This document shows, piece after piece, positions 63,401 through 64,000 of a DNA stretch of 64,000 nt. The notes beneath the pieces were generated by a model. It was not told where the DNA came from. It ran no database searches and saw only the letters and a program-made list of their open reading frames with translations. Position 1 is the stretch's first letter; every line of letters starts with the position of its first letter. The stretch is from Acidimicrobiia bacterium (lineage in GTDB: Bacteria > Actinomycetota > Acidimicrobiia > Spongiisociales > ZC4RG35), in the NCBI GenBank assembly GCA_965215185.1, contig OZ244034.1, positions 1,632,001 to 1,696,000 on the forward strand. The letters are read 5' to 3'. The position numbers and the translations under genes are program-made.

Positions 63401-64000
63401 CGCCACCGCCCTGGGACTGCCCACCTCGGTAGTGGAGGAAGTCCTGTCCCGATTGGCGGGCGAGGACCGAGTTGTCAACGGAAGCTTCTCCGTCGGTGGG
63501 CCGCCCGAATGGGTGGATGTCGAGGTGCTTCGAAGGTTGAAGCGTCGCTCCCTGGCCTTGCTCCGCCGCCAGGTGGAGCCGGTTGATTCCGCGGCACTCG
63601 CCCGGTTTCTCACCGGCTGGCACCGGATAGTCGAGCAACCCTCGGGCGGTTTGGGGTCATTGATCGGGACCATCTCCCAAATACAGGGTTATCCGGTGCC
63701 GGCCTCCATGCTGGAAAGCGACATTCTCGCCGTCCGTCATCCTCGGCCCTCCGGCAGGCTCGATCAACTCTTGGCTGAGGGAAGGGTTATCTGGATGGGA
63801 AAGGGAGCTTTGGGCCGTCGGGATGGAAAAATCGCTCTCTATCTTCGCCACCAATTCTCTCAACTGGATTCCGGGCCTTCGCCCGATCCCCCCGACCAGC
63901 CACTCCATAAAGCAATCCTGGACCACTTGGAGCGCAGAGGAGCGTCCTTTTTCGGGGAGATATTCCACGCCGCGGGCACCGAAGAGCTCTCGGAAGTGGT
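60405..64000 (+). CDS. lhr: Lhr-family SF2 helicase (runs off window end; absent from ORF track)
   Basis: APTGSGKT, YISPLKAL, TTPESL, DEVH..KRG, HHGS, TSSLELGIDMG, QRVGRSGH read in frame from ATG 60405. Confidence 0.93.
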   Translation, partial: MDTLALEKFAPATRAWFEAAFDAPTAAQARGWPAIASGAHTLIQAPTGSGKTLAAFLWTLDQLCHQPLPPSARRCRVLYISPLKALAYDIDRNLRAPLTGIRHTTLRLGLPPPPSITTFMRTGDTPASERQRMLRRPPDILITTPESLYLMLTSAARQRLTSVQWVIVDEVHAVAGNKRGAHLAVSLERLEEIAETSPQRIGLSATQRPLQTIAQFLGGGNVAQPDAPWRPRPVTIINAEHRRPLDLELVVPSRDMTRPEVGSDNEPGTRSIWPSIYQRLLELVNEHTSTIVFTNSRRLAERVCAELNNLAEREIARAHHGSVARSRRLEIEDGLKRGELRAVVATSSLELGIDMGAVDLVVQIESPPGVASGLQRVGRSGHQVGGTSRAKLFPKYRGDLLTSTVVAQRMRDGEVEHTVIPRNPLDVAAQQLVAAVVTAERTVDDLHLLLRRAAPFAELSREVFLATLDMLAGRYPSDLFAELRPRLVWDRVSDVVTARTGARQLAVTNAGVIPDRGLYRVQLPDGSRVGELDEEMVYESRPGDVFLLGSTSWRIVEITHDRIEVTPAPGVTAQMPFWRGDSIGRSAETGLAIGRFLRQMSALSPREAERRLIDRQGLDEWAAQNLVSYLEDQRASGSVIPNDRTLVVEHFRDEIGDWRMVVLSPLGARVHAPWAMAVMDHLRPRYGTDLDAAWSDDGIIFRFPDSDQPPSADEILLSPDEVSDLLMKHLPGTALFASRFREAAGRALLLPRRRPGHRTPLWLQRRRAADLLSVARRFDSFPIILETYREVLQDDFDLPFLRSLLSDLRSRKLRLVEVELPQASPFSSSLMQAFLAGFLYDTDGPAAERKAMAITLDRHLLSQLLGEGEIGELISPEVTASLELELQHLTPQRQVRGADAIHDLLRRLGPFNLTDLELRAAGAGPALDELKKARRVIEVRLAARPVWAAVEDAARLRDALGCQLPPGVPDVFSTPVEDPLGDVVARYARTHAPFPASQAATALGLPTSVVEEVLSRLAGEDRVVNGSFSVGGPPEWVDVEVLRRLKRRSLALLRRQVEPVDSAALARFLTGWHRIVEQPSGGLGSLIGTISQIQGYPVPASMLESDILAVRHPRPSGRLDQLLAEGRVIWMGKGALGRRDGKIALYLRHQFSQLDSGPSPDPPDQPLHKAILDHLERRGASFFGEIFHAAGTEELSEV

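Noticed and set aside
60369-63968. Many minus-strand and short ORFs
   Set aside because: Shadows of the Lhr gene, which is missing from the track because it has no stop in the window.

Overview
The window has two halves. Right half (40.4-64 kb): ordinary actinobacterial-type core genome (Acidimicrobiia-like is my inference): tmRNA, smpB, M23 peptidase, ftsX, ftsE, prfB (with programmed +1 frameshift), secA, hpf, comF-like, rnj, dapA, dapB, M16 peptidase, VWA + MoxR/CobS-type AAA pair, MDMPI-family protein, TetR + MFS exporter and a partial Lhr helicase. Left half (1-40.4 kb, continuing beyond the window start): an accessory island abutting the tmRNA 3' CCA end, built as a head-to-tail array of about 17 same-orientation units. 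Each unit junction is a variably 5'-truncated IS4/IS5-superfamily DDE transposase remnant (YREK motif), a hairpin, a palindromic ...ATAAATGGACCA end, a 7-nt spacer and a ~90-bp TGGTGG...CTCCACATTT module. Between junctions lie 0.5-5 kb cargo cassettes, mostly toxin-antitoxin or defence-like genes (DUF433/PIN-like, RES, MNT-HEPN, BrnT-like, Abi_C-like, a papain-like protein, and an apparently unnamed two-gene family), several re-used two or three times. The last unit aligns without gaps so that the tmRNA's own TGGTGG (CCACCA) takes the place of the module's TGGTGG, suggesting a site-specific element that carries its own target mimic and stacks into an integron-like cassette array. No intact transposase or integrase for it lies in the window. 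A 60-bp palindromic MITE-like repeat (5 copies), two IS110 elements and IS30/IS21 fragments are also present. All family calls come from motif recognition by eye, not database searches.
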